DNA of 64,000 bases, from NCBI GenBank assembly GCA_963682135.1, contig OY821645.1, positions 1,984,001 to 2,048,000 of the forward strand, read 5' to 3'. Of the stretch, positions 9,601-21,600 are shown piece by piece. The stretch's first letter is position 1, and every line of letters starts with the position of its first letter. Under the pieces are notes generated by a model, which did not search any database, was not told where the DNA came from, and was given only the letters and a program-made list of their open reading frames with translations. The DNA is from Methanothrix sp. GTDB lineage: Archaea; Halobacteriota; Methanosarcinia; Methanotrichales; Methanotrichaceae. Position numbers and translations under genes: made by a program.

Positions 9601-12600
9601 GTAGCCGCTAGCGTCGGTTGTGGTTGTGCCGGCAAGCGCATCGGACATGTAGAGGGTGACTGTCACGCCTGCTATTCCCTCTTCGCCAGCATCCTGGACG
9701 CCGTTGGCATTATTATCATGCCATACGAAATCGCCCAATGATGCGAGCTTGTAGATTCCTGCGTCCAATTTGAGATTGCTCTCACCAGACTGAAGTGTGG
9801 TGGGAGCAGTCTCGCCGGAGCTGATATCCGCATTGCTGTCGGCAGCGTCGTCGCCGCCCTGATCTTCGGGGCTGAAGCTGTCGTATCCTGCGGGTTTTGT
9901 GAATGCCACGGAGTAGCTGCCTGGAACCAGGCCGGTGAATTTGTAGCTGCCGTCAGTACCGGTGGTGGCTATGCTCGTGGCCCCGCCGGGTTTGTGGAGG
10001 GTGACGGTTACGCCTGCTATGCCCTCCTCGCCTGCATCCTGGATGCCATTGGCATTTTTATCATGCCATACGAAGTCGCCCAATGAAGCATACTTGTAGA
10101 CTCCAGCATCCCATGTCAGATCATCCTGACCTGATAACAGGGTTATGGCTGCCGTCTCACCGGAGCTGATATCCGCATTGCTGTCGGCAGCGTCGTCGCC
10201 GCCCTGATCTTCGGGGCTGAAGCTGTCGTATCCTGTGGGTTTGTCGAAGACCACGTAGTAGCTGCCTGGAACCAGGTTGGTGAATTGGTAATTTCCGCCA
10301 GTACCAGTGGTGGTTATGCTCGCGGTCCCGTCAGGCTTGTGGAGGGTAACGGTTGCGCCCTCTATGCCTTCTTCACCAGAATCCTGGATGCCGTTGGCAT
10401 TCTTGTCATGCCAGACGAAGTCGCCCAGGGATGCGGGCAGATACAGCCCGGCCTTCAATGTGCCGTCACAATCCGGCTGTCCTGAGGTTAGATCGACTGT
10501 GCCAGTCTGGCCCGCCGAATCCTGGACCTGTGTATCGCTGCCTGTTGACTTGATAATGAACAGGTAATTTGTGCCGGTGGGTTTAGCGAATACCACGTAG
10601 TAGGTTCCCGGCTGAAGGTCGCTGAAGCTGTATGCGCCGTCTGAATCTGTGGATGTGACGGCTTTCTGAACATCAGCTCCCCCGAAATCATCCTTTCTGT
10701 AGAGGGTGACAAAGACGCCTTCCCGCGCATTTTCACCCGAGTCCTTTATGCCGTTGCCGTTGCTGTCTACCCAGGCTAAACCGCTTAAGCAGGTGTACTT
10801 GTAGAGCCCGGCATCCAATGTGATATCACTGTCTCCGGACTGAAGCGTAGTGGAGGCAGTCTGACCGCCGGCAGTATCAGCATCGCTGTCGGCAGCATTG
10901 TCCCCGCCTTGATCCACAGGGCTGAAGCTGTCGTATTCTGCGGGTTTGGTGAATTCCACGGAGTAGCTGCCCGGAACAAGGCTGGTGAATTGGTAGCTGC
11001 CGTCAAGGCCAGTTTTGGTTGTGCCGCTGGCCACGCCAGACTTGTGGAGGGTGACGGTCACATCCGCTATGCCTTCCTCGCCCGAATCCTGAATGCCGTT
11101 TGCATTTCTGTCATGCCAGACGAAGTCGCCCAGAGATGCGGGCAGATATAGTCCGGCCTTCAATGTGCCGTCACATGGCTGGCCCGAGGTGAGAGCGACA
11201 GTGCCCGTCTTGCCGTCTTGGTTCTGAACTTGGGTCTCGCTGCCGGTTGACTTGGTTATGAACAGGTAATTTGTGCCGGTGGGTTTAGCGAATACCACAT
11301 AATAGGTTCCCGGCTGAAGATCGCCGAAGCTGTAAGCGCCGTTTGAATCTGTGGATGTGACGGCTTTCTGAACATCAGCTCCCCCTAAATCATCCATTCT
11401 GTAGAGGATAACGGAGACACCTTGCAGCCCATTTTCGCTCGAGTCCTTTATGCCGTTGCCGTTGGTGTCCACCCAGGCTAGACCACCTAAGCAGACATCT
11501 TTGCAGAGCCCGGCATCCCATGTGGGATCGTGAACTCCGGACTGAAGCGTGATGGGGTCGGTCTGACCGTCGGCAATATCCGCATCGCTGTCTTTGCCAT
11601 CATCTCCGCCCTGGCCAGCTGGGCTGAAGCTGTCGTATCCTGCGGGTTTGTCGAAGTCTACGGAGTAGCTTCCCGGAACAAGGCCGGTGAATTGGTAGCT
11701 GCCGTCAAGGCCAGTTTTGGTTGTGCCGCTGGCCACGCCAGACTTGTAGAGGGTGACGGTCACATCCGCTATTCCCTCTTCACCCGCGTCCTGGATGCCG
11801 TTTGCATTCCGATCGTGCCAGACGAAGTCGCCCAATGATGCGTATTTGTAGATCCCTGCGTCCAATTTGAGGTCGCTATCACCTGACTGAAGTGTGGTGG
11901 AGGCGGTCTTGCCGTCGACAATGTCCGCATCACTGTCCTTCGCATTGTCTCCGCCCTGGCCCATGGGGCTGAAGCTGTTGTATTCTGCGGGTTTGTCGAA
12001 TTTCACAGAGTAGCTTCCCGGAACCATGCCGTTGAATTGGTAGTAGCCGTCAGTACCAGTGATGGTTGTGCCGCTGGCCACGCCAGACTTGTAGAGGGTA
12101 ACGGTTACGCCCGCAACGCCTTCCTCGCCGGTCTCCTGGATTCCATTGGCATTCCTGTCGTGCCAGACGAAGTCTCCCAGGGAAGCGTACTTGTAAACTC
12201 CCGCGTCCCACGTGAGATCTTCCTGTCCTGATAGCAGTGTTATGGCTACCGTCTGGCCGGAAGTTGTGTCCGCATCGCTGTTCCTGCCTGCATCACCGAT
12301 GCCCTTGGGGCTGAAGCTGTCGTATCCTGCTGGTTTTGTGAATACCACGTAGTAGCTTCCCGGAACCAGTCCGGTGAATTGGTATTTTCCATCTGCAAGA
12401 GTAGTGGCTGTGCTGGTGCTACCGTCAGGCTTGTGGAGGATGACGTTAGCGCCTGCAATGCCTTCCTCGCCTGTCTCCTGGATGCCGTTGGCATTCTTAT
12501 CCTGCCAGACGAAGTCTCCCAGGGATGCGGGCAGGTAGAGCCCTGCCTTCAATGTGCCGTCACAATTCGACTGTCCTGAGGTCAGAACGACAGTGCTCGT

Positions 12601-15600
12601 CTTTCCGCTCGAGTCCAAGACCTGTGTCTCGCTGCCCGTGGACTTGATTATGAACAGGTAATTTGTGCCGGTGGGTTTAGCGAATACCACATAATATGTT
12701 CCCGGCTGAAGGTTGCTGAAGCTGTAAGCGCCGTTTGAATCGGTGGATGTGACGGCTTTCTGAACATCAGCTCCTCCTAAATCATCCATTCTGTAGAGGG
12801 TGACAGAGACATCTTGCAGCTCATCTTCGCCCAAGTCTTTATTGCCGTTTCCGTTGGTATCAACCCAGGCTAAACCGTTCAAGCAGGTGTACTTGTAGGC
12901 TCCTGCATCCCAGGAGTTGTCAACACTGCCAGACTGAAGTGCAGTGGAAGCCGTCTTGCCGTCTGCAATATCCGCATCACTGTCCTTCGCATTGTCTCCG
13001 CCCTGATCCACTGGGCTGAAGCTGTCGTATCCTGCGGGTTTGTCGAAGTCTACGGAGTAGCTGCCTGGAACAAGGCCGGTGAATTGGTAGCTGCCGTCAA
13101 GGCCAGTTTTGGTTGTGCCGCTGGCCACGCCAGACTTGTAGAGGGTGACGGTCACATCCGCTATTCCCTCTTCACCCGCGTCCTGGATGCCGTTTGCATT
13201 CCGATCGTGCCAGACGAAGTCGCCCAATGATGCGTATTTGTAGATCCCTGCGTCCAATTTGAGGTCGCTATCACCTGACTGAAGTGTGGTGGAGGCGGTC
13301 TTGCCGTCGACAATGTCCGCATCACTGTCCTTCGCATTGTCTCCGCCCTGGCCCATGGGGCTGAAGCTGTTGTATTCTGCGGGTTTTTCGAATTTCACGG
13401 AGTAGCTTCCCGGAACCAGGTTGCTGAATAGGTAGTAACCGTCAGTACCAGTGGTGGTTGTGCCGCTGGCCACGCCAGACTTGTAGAGGGTAACGGTTAC
13501 GCCAGCTACGCCTTCCTCGCCGGTCTCCTGGATTCCATTGGCATTCCTGTCGTGCCAGACGAAGTCTCCCAGGGAAGCGTACTTGTAAACTCCCGCGTCC
13601 CACGTGAGATCTTCCTGTCCTGATAGCAGTGTTATGGCTACCGTCTGGCCGGAAGTTGTGTCTGCATCGCTGTTCCTGCCTGCATCACCAATGTCCTTGG
13701 GGCTGAAGCTGTCGTATCCTGCTGGTTTTGTGAATACCACGTAGTAGCTTCCCGGAACCAGTCCGGTGAATTGGTATTTTCCATCTGCAAGAGTAGTGGC
13801 TGTGCTGGTGCTACCGTCAGGCTTGTGGAGGATGACGTTAGCGCCTGCAATGCCTTCCTCGCCGGTCTCCTGGATGCCGTTGGCATTCTTATCCTGCCAG
13901 ACGAAGTCTCCCAGGGATGCGGGCAGATACAGTCCTGCCTTCAGGGTTCCGTCACATGCCTGACCCGAGGTCAGAACGACTGTGCTCGTCTTGCCGCTTG
14001 CATCCAGGACCTGTGTCTCGCTGCCCGCAGACTTGATGATGAATAGATATCCTGTGCCTGAGGGTTTGGTGAATTTCACGTAATAAGTTCCCGGCTGAAG
14101 GCTGCTGAAGCTGTAAGCTCCGCTTGGATCGGTAGATGTGACGGCTTTCTGAACATCAGCTCCGCCGAAGTCATCCTTTCTGTAGAGGGTGACGGAGACG
14201 TCTTGCAGTCCGCTCTCGCTTCCGTCTTTTATGCCGTTGCCGTTGGTATCAATCCAGGCTAAGCCGTTCAAGCAGGTGTACTTGTAGACTCCTGCATCCC
14301 ATGTGAGATCATTGTCCCCGGACTGAAGCGTGGTGGTGGCTGTCTGGCCGGACGTTGCGTCTGCATCGCTGTCCACCGTATTATCGTTGCCCTTATCTAC
14401 TGGGCTGAAGCTATCGTATCCTGCGGGTTTTTCGAATTTCACCGAGTAGACGCCCGGAACCAGGCCGGTGAATTTGTAGTTGCCATCGGGGCCAGTGGTT
14501 ATTGTTCCGCTGGCCACGCCAGACTTGTAGAGGGTGACGGTCACATCCGCTATTCCCTCTTCGCCAGCGTCCTGAATGCCGTTGGCATTCCTGTCGTGCC
14601 AGACGAAGTCGCCCAGGGAAGCGTACTTGTAGACACCCGCGTCCCATGTGCGATCGCTATCACCAGACTGAAGCGTGGTGGTGGCCGTCTGGCCGGAAGT
14701 TGTGTCTGCATCGCTGTCCTTTGCGTTATCTGCGCCCTGATCCATGGGGCTGAAGCTGTCATATCCTGCTGGTTTGTCGAATTTCACTGAGTAGCTGCCC
14801 GGAACCAGGTTGCTGAATAGGTAGGCGCCGGTAGTGCTGGTTGTGGTTGTGCCGCTGGCCACGCCGGACTTGTAGAGGGTAACGGTTACGCCAGCTACGC
14901 CTTCTTCGCTAGTCTCCTGGATTCCATTGGCATTCCTGTCGTGCCAGACGAAGTCTCCCAGGGAAGCGTACTTGTAAACTCCCGCGTCCCACGTGAGATC
15001 TTCCTGTCCTGATAGCAGTGTTATGGCTACCGTCTGGCCGGAAGTTGTGTCTGCATCGCTGTTCTTGTCTGCATCACCGATGCCCTTGGGGCTGAAGCTG
15101 TTGTATCCGGATGGTTTGGCGAATGTCACAGTGTAGCTGCCTGGAACCAGGCCGGTGAATTTGTATTTTCCGTCTGCAAGAGTAGTGGCTGTGCTCGTGG
15201 TCACGCCAGACTTACGGAGAATGACGGTCGCCCCGGATATGCCTTCCTCGCCAGTATCCTGGATGCCGTTTGCATTTCTGTCGTGCCAGACGAAATCCCC
15301 CAGGGATGCGGGCTGATACAGCCCTGCTTTCAATGTGCCGTCACATGCCTGGCCCGAGGTCAGAACGACCGTGCTCGTCTTGCCGGCCGAGTTCAGGACT
15401 TGGGTATCGCTGCCCGCGGACTTGATTATGAACAGGTAATTTGTGCCTGCGGGTTTGGCGAATACCACATAATAAGTTCCCGGCTGAAGGCTGCTAAAGC
15501 TGTATGCGCCGCTTGAATCTGTGGACGTGACGCCCTTCTGAACATAAGATGTGCTGAAATCATTCTTTCTGTAAAGAGTGACTGATACGCCTTGCAGCCC

Positions 15601-18600
15601 GCTCTCGCTTCCATCTTTTATGCCGTTGCCGTTGGTGTCCACCCAGGCTAAACCGTTAAGGCATGTGGGAATGTACAGGCCGGCATCTACTGTGCTATCG
15701 CACGATATGGTTTCTCCTATCGATAGGGTTCTCGTATCGGTCTGGCCGTAAGTTGCACCGGCTGCGTTTTCGGCATTGCTGTCCGTGCTAGCCGCGCCAA
15801 TGCCTTTGGGAGTAAAGACGTAGCTTGATGATGCGGGCGGCGAGAACCGCAAATAATAGTCTCCTGGCTCCAGATGGCTGAAGCTGTATGCGCCGTCTGC
15901 CAGAGTCGTGAAGGGCGTTCCTACCTGAGTGCCATCGGATTTGAAAAGGGTGACAGTTACGCCGGCTATGCCCGGCTCGCCGGCATCTTGCTGGCCGTTT
16001 CCGTTTTTATCCTCCCAAACCTTATCTCCTATGCAAGCGACGGCTGCATTGATGGTCTTGGACGCGGCCAGCTCCGGCTCCAATCTCCTCTCCGGGTTAT
16101 CGGTTGGACTGAGCTTGGTATAGTAGTCGGCAATCACCTTATTGTTCAGTATGCCGGTCTGAACATCATCATCGATTTTCGCCTGGTAGCTGAGCCGGAT
16201 TGGATTGCCCGAGACCCATGTTTGCTCAACCTGATCGAAATGCCATTTGAGCAGTTTTGCATCGGCTGATGTATCATCTGCCGTCCCGGCTGGTCCATTT
16301 ATTATCCTGATGGAGCCGGGAACATAGGTCATGCCTGTGGGCAGCGTGTCCTGCACGTCTACTTGGTAAGCTGTAGCATGGCTGTCCGCATCATGATAGA
16401 TGGTTATGGTGTAAGTAACCGTGTCTCCCGGATGGTACATCGGGTTATGGGTTATCGGGTTGACTGTGGAAATGTCGACGGCCTTTTCCAGCTTCAGCTT
16501 GGGCTCCACCAGGCTCACGCTCTCTTCATCGCTGTCCGTGGAAGTCTGGCCGTAGACGGTGCGAACCAGGTCGACCTTATTTACCAGGGTGTCGCCATCT
16601 TTGTTATAGGATACGCCATCGACCTTATCCTTTACCACGGCATGCAGCGTTATCTGCACCGTCTTGGCGCCGACGAAGTCCGGCAGGCTCCAGGTAATGA
16701 GCTGATCTTCTCCTGAGGCTTGCTTGGTTGCGACAATTCCCGAGCAACTGGCCGAATCACTGCAACTGTAATAATCTGATCCCACGACATCCAGGCCCTT
16801 GGGAAGGGTATCTTTAATTTTAACGTTGGTAAAAGGCACTCCTGTGCCCAAAAGGGAGGCGGTGATGATGAAGTCCACCTTGTCTCCTATGGTGAGGGTG
16901 CTGGTGGTCGTGCTCTTGGTTATCGTCACGTATGTGGCCGCAGCAGTGTCATCATCTGAGCCGTAAACGCAACCCGAAGAGCATTTCCCTTCCGCATGAA
17001 CATAGTTATTCATATCCGAGCTGGTTGAGGTCAGAGTTGCCTTGACTGTCTTTGTCCACGATCCGCCGTTCCCGGCCAGGGTAGGCAGGGACCATGTCAC
17101 CACGGTACCTGTTCCCCCCGGTTGGATGATCCCGTCTGGCACATCTCTCTCTGGGTCGCTAATCTGGTAAGCTGATCCAAAGGTGTCAGTCACTACGACA
17201 TTCTCGGCATCAGCCGTTCCTGTGTTCGTAACAGTCAGCGTCCAGGAATTCTTTTCGCCCACCACCGCTTTCTGGTCATGGGGGGTCTTGGTCACAACCA
17301 GATTGGGCGCAAGTATTGTGACCGGTGAGGATACTGTCCGAGTGACCGAATAGCCGCATAGATCCTTGCCGCTGAAGACGGCAGCGTTTCTCGGATTGGT
17401 GGCGGAGCTTCCACAATGGTAGCCGTCATCCGATATCTTGAAGGTGATTGTTAATGTGTCGTCCTTGAGCATTTTATTGTCTGCAAAGAGACCTGTAAGA
17501 TCCCATGTCAGGGTTACTGGAGATGTACCCGTCGACGTAGGCGCGGGCATTGTTATCGGATTGCCGTTGATCGCAGCGGATGATATTCCATCGTAGACGA
17601 AACCCTCTGGAATGGTATCTGCCAATGTAAATGGCCCATTGGCTGTAGCTCCTGTATTGGAAATAGTCAGGGAAATTGTCCCGCTGCAGACATTTACATT
17701 AGATGTTTGGGCTATGCCGAAGGTGGGTTTGGTCTTTAGATCGACATTGATGGGGGTAGAGGCGCTTGTGTGTTTGGTATCCTCACAGCATCCCCAGGTG
17801 ACTGTGGCCTTATTCGTTCCGGCATCGCAGATGGTGACTTTTGCATTGACAATGATGCTCTTTTCAGATCCAACTGCCATATCGCCGAGATTCCAGGTCA
17901 GTTCGTTGCCGCTCGTTCCATCTCCAGAATAGGGGGTCGTGGTGGGTTCATAGCCCGGCGTAATGGGATCGGCTAAGAACTGGGTATTGGAAGGCAGCAG
18001 ATCCTTGACCACCACATTCCTGGCGGTCCAGAGATTGCCGGATGGATTCTTTACAGTGATCTTCCAGGATACCTCTGTATCCTTATCAACAACGCTCGAT
18101 GATGGATGTATCTGAACTTTTGTCAGCTCCAGCTGGCTGTTTGCGCTGGACAGGGGTATGTCGTTTAAGGCTTCTGCCTTGCTCGAGCCGCATGGAGTAT
18201 GATAATCGACACTGGCGGAGGTAGTGGCCGCGGTGGGATCAAACTTGCATGGCGGAGTGGTATCCGATTGCAGATAGTAGGATATCTGGCAGTAATCTCC
18301 CGGAGCCCAATCCTGTCCGGTAAAGTCCAGGGATATTTCGCCATTGTTCGGATTGAAGCCGAGAAGAGGCTGGTGGCTGCCCTCATACGTTATTCCATTA
18401 TCTATGCCACCTACTATCCCCAGGCCGATCGGCAGTCTCTGGGTGGCGGTCACACCGTAGGCATGCACTCCTCCTGAGTTGGTGATGGTGAGGCTGAATG
18501 GGCCCGACCGATCCCCGCAGGGGTCGATGGGAGCTGTGACCAGCTGTACTGCGAACTGATAGTTGGTGTTCAAGACGACTCTGGATGTCCCAGTCGAAGT

Positions 18601-21600
18601 GGTTGAGCAGGGATTGCTGTAATCGGGTCCCCATTGGGCCACCGCGGTATTGGGGCCCGGCGAGCATCCGGTCAATCTGGTCTGAAACTCGATGATGCGC
18701 GTTTTTTTAATTTCGATGCTATCGAATTTCCACTGGAGGGTGCTGGAGAATGGATCTAACGGCTCCAAGGCAGCGCCGTTTACCCTTGCTGTTCCGGGTA
18801 CATATTGAAGGTTGGCGCCCAGGGTATCAGTTACGATGGTGTTGTAAGCTGCGCCCGTGCCTGTGTTGGTGACGTAGATCCTCCAGGTCTGGGTATCCTC
18901 AGTGGCGTAAATGGTCTCCGGCGTCAGGGTGAGAATCAGCCTGGCGGTGCCGACGAGGACTGGCTTTTCATCCGATCCAACCTTCTGATATGTTCCGCCG
19001 CATTTATCTTTGTAATCCAGAATAGCTTTTGCCGTAGGCGCGGTTCCGCAGGCTTTCTTAATCTTGAAGCTTATGGTGCCCTTTCCAGAGGTCGTCCTTA
19101 CCTTATCTCCTAAGTTCCAGATCGGCTTGCCTGTCGATAGATCCGGCTCTGCGGATGCGGCAAGCCCCGTTCCCTCGAAACCGTTGATCGATGCAGAGCC
19201 GGCCACATACTCGTAATTGGCGGTATCAAGAGTTATCCTCATCAGACCATAGGCGTAGTAATTATCTTCCTGGGTGACTACGATGGTGACATCAGTCTCT
19301 CCACCGGTCTCAATCACCGGGGGAAGGTTAAGCTTTACACTGAAGCTCGGTGGGCCCGAGGGTGCTATCTTCACAGGCATGCCCTGGTGATAGGTCTGGC
19401 CACCAGAGACCATGAGATCCGACCAATCGATAATGTCTCCCGGGCCTGTGGTGTAAAGGGTATAAGTGACGACAAGCTTGCCGTTTTGAGGAAGCTGTGG
19501 AAGGTCCAGGCCAGCTGAGCCCAGCTCCAGTTCAGGCACTCCGGAAACGGCCTCCGGAGATAAGTAGCTCTTCTTGGTCGATCCGATCTGGCTGTTATCT
19601 GCATCATAGACTGAGAAGCTCGCCGGCGCTCCTCCGCTTGGAAATTCCTGGGGTCCGGTGAAATGCACTCCGAACTTATAGCCGTTCCAGTCAGTGACCG
19701 CGCTCTGGAAGGTATAGGTTGTGGTATAACCTATATCACTGCATGTATCAACGGAGGTTGACGATTTTTCGGTGGTGAAGACTGAACCGGTGCCACCAAC
19801 GCAATTTACCATTATCTTAACCGATTTGCTGTCGGAAAGAAGTGGGCATACCGGTCCGGAATTGACCTCAGTGGCAGTCAGGGTGTTGGTGAATGATTCT
19901 CCGCAACTGCTTGCAGGTGGCTGGATTTTTACCGTCTTCGTCCATGGTGATCCTGAGACCAGGGCATTGCCACCGGTTTGAGACCAGGTTATCGTATTGG
20001 CAGTTGCATCAACTGTTCCTCCTGCTGCATCTACTACGGTGAAGCCGGCCGGATAGGCATCAACGATCTCGGCATCCAGTGTATCAGAGCACCCATCGTT
20101 CTTTTTGTAGTCTACCGTTAGATCAAATATTGCGATTTGGCTGACATCGCTGAGAATGAGGTAATCATTGGCAAGTCCTGATGCGGTCTTGCTCACGGTC
20201 AGGGTGGGTCCGTTTACTATGATATCTGCCGAGGCGCTGCCCGACAGAGTGCAGCCGCAGCAGTCAACTCCGGCCGGCGGCCTGGCGGAAAGAAGAGTGC
20301 TGTAAGTGCCTGTGCACATGTCGCAGGTGCTTGACTGCGGGCCCAGTTTGATCGTCTTTTTCCAGACAACTCCATCGCTCAAGGTTTGGGCAGCATCTGT
20401 GCTGGGCCAGGTTATGGTCTGAGCAGTGGCATCAACAACGCCGCCTGCACTATCCACAACGGAAAAGCCTTCTGGATAGGTGTCTATTATATCAACGGGC
20501 AGAGATGCGGTGCATCCTCCTCCATTTGATTTGAATTCCACCTGGAGGTCGAAGCTGGCCTCTGTGCTTGCATCATTCGGCTTCAGTATATTGCTCCCCG
20601 AGGATGTCGGGGTCTTTGTCAGGGTCAGGGTTGGCTTTTTGCTGGAATCGACGGAAAAGTATATCAGTTCCAGAGGAGGTGCCCACGGGTTTCCGCAGTC
20701 GTCGGTGTAATCCGGCTCCATGGTGAGAACTCCTCCTGTAGCCTCGCAGGCTGACCCGTCGCTCTTCATCATCAATTTAAATTGAGCGTCTCCTGCCGTT
20801 CCTGCGGCAATATCGCCAATAGTCAGGATGAACTTGCTGGGATCGGTCGGATGATCCGGGTCAGGACTTATGGTGCTCCCGGGAAGGCTGCTGACAAGGA
20901 ACTGGGATGGCAGGTTGCCCATGTGGACATGGACGCCCCTGGCCGAACCCCCTCCAGTATTAGCATAATGCAGGGTCACAGTCTGATATGAGCAGTATGG
21001 GATGCTGTAGGAGCCTGCGCTGGCGTAAACAGGAGCGATATCAAGATCCGGCTTCCAAAGAATAATCTTTATACTGCCCTTGGTGGAGAAGGAGAAGACT
21101 GAGTCGGTGCAGGCGGCTTGAGGGTTGCAGCCCCATGAACCGGTGACCGTCTCTACCAGGTTGCTGCATCCTACTACCCTGGCCTTGATCACTCCCGTCC
21201 AGGTTACTCCTGGATTTATGGGGCCTGGTATCGCGACGGTGGCCGGGTTTCCTGGGGTGATGACCGTGCTGGTGTCACCGGCAGGTGCAGTTATGGAAAC
21301 AAACTCCAATCCTGAGTCGAATTGATCTGAGAGCTTTATGTTGTAAAGCGGACCTGCTGCGGTTCCAGCTGCGGCATTTTTAACCATCAGGTTCCATTCC
21401 ACATAGTCGCCAACGGCGGCAGTGATAACGGATCCTGAATTAGGGGTCGTGATCGGGACTTTTTCTACGTTGAGCTGGCCTCTTTTAATGAGTATGGTCT
21501 TAGGAGTGCTGACTGCTGAGGGTGTCTTGTGTACGCCCATTGTATAATCTATTGCCAGGTTAATCGGCTGGCCGCTGGCAGGATCTGCCTCGCAGTCGGC

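Noticed and set aside
5960-16035. Regular repeats considered as a CRISPR array or DGR template/variable repeats
   Set aside because: The repeats are in-frame protein domains of 340-360 bp without unique spacers. The differences I checked are not confined to adenines, and there are no cas or reverse transcriptase genes in the window.
3793-21325. Many 60-320 aa ORFs overlapping the giant gene (for example 3793-4746, 5614-6201 and 7276-8016)
   Set aside because: These are antisense or alternate-frame shadows of a GC-rich coding sequence, with no recognisable motifs.
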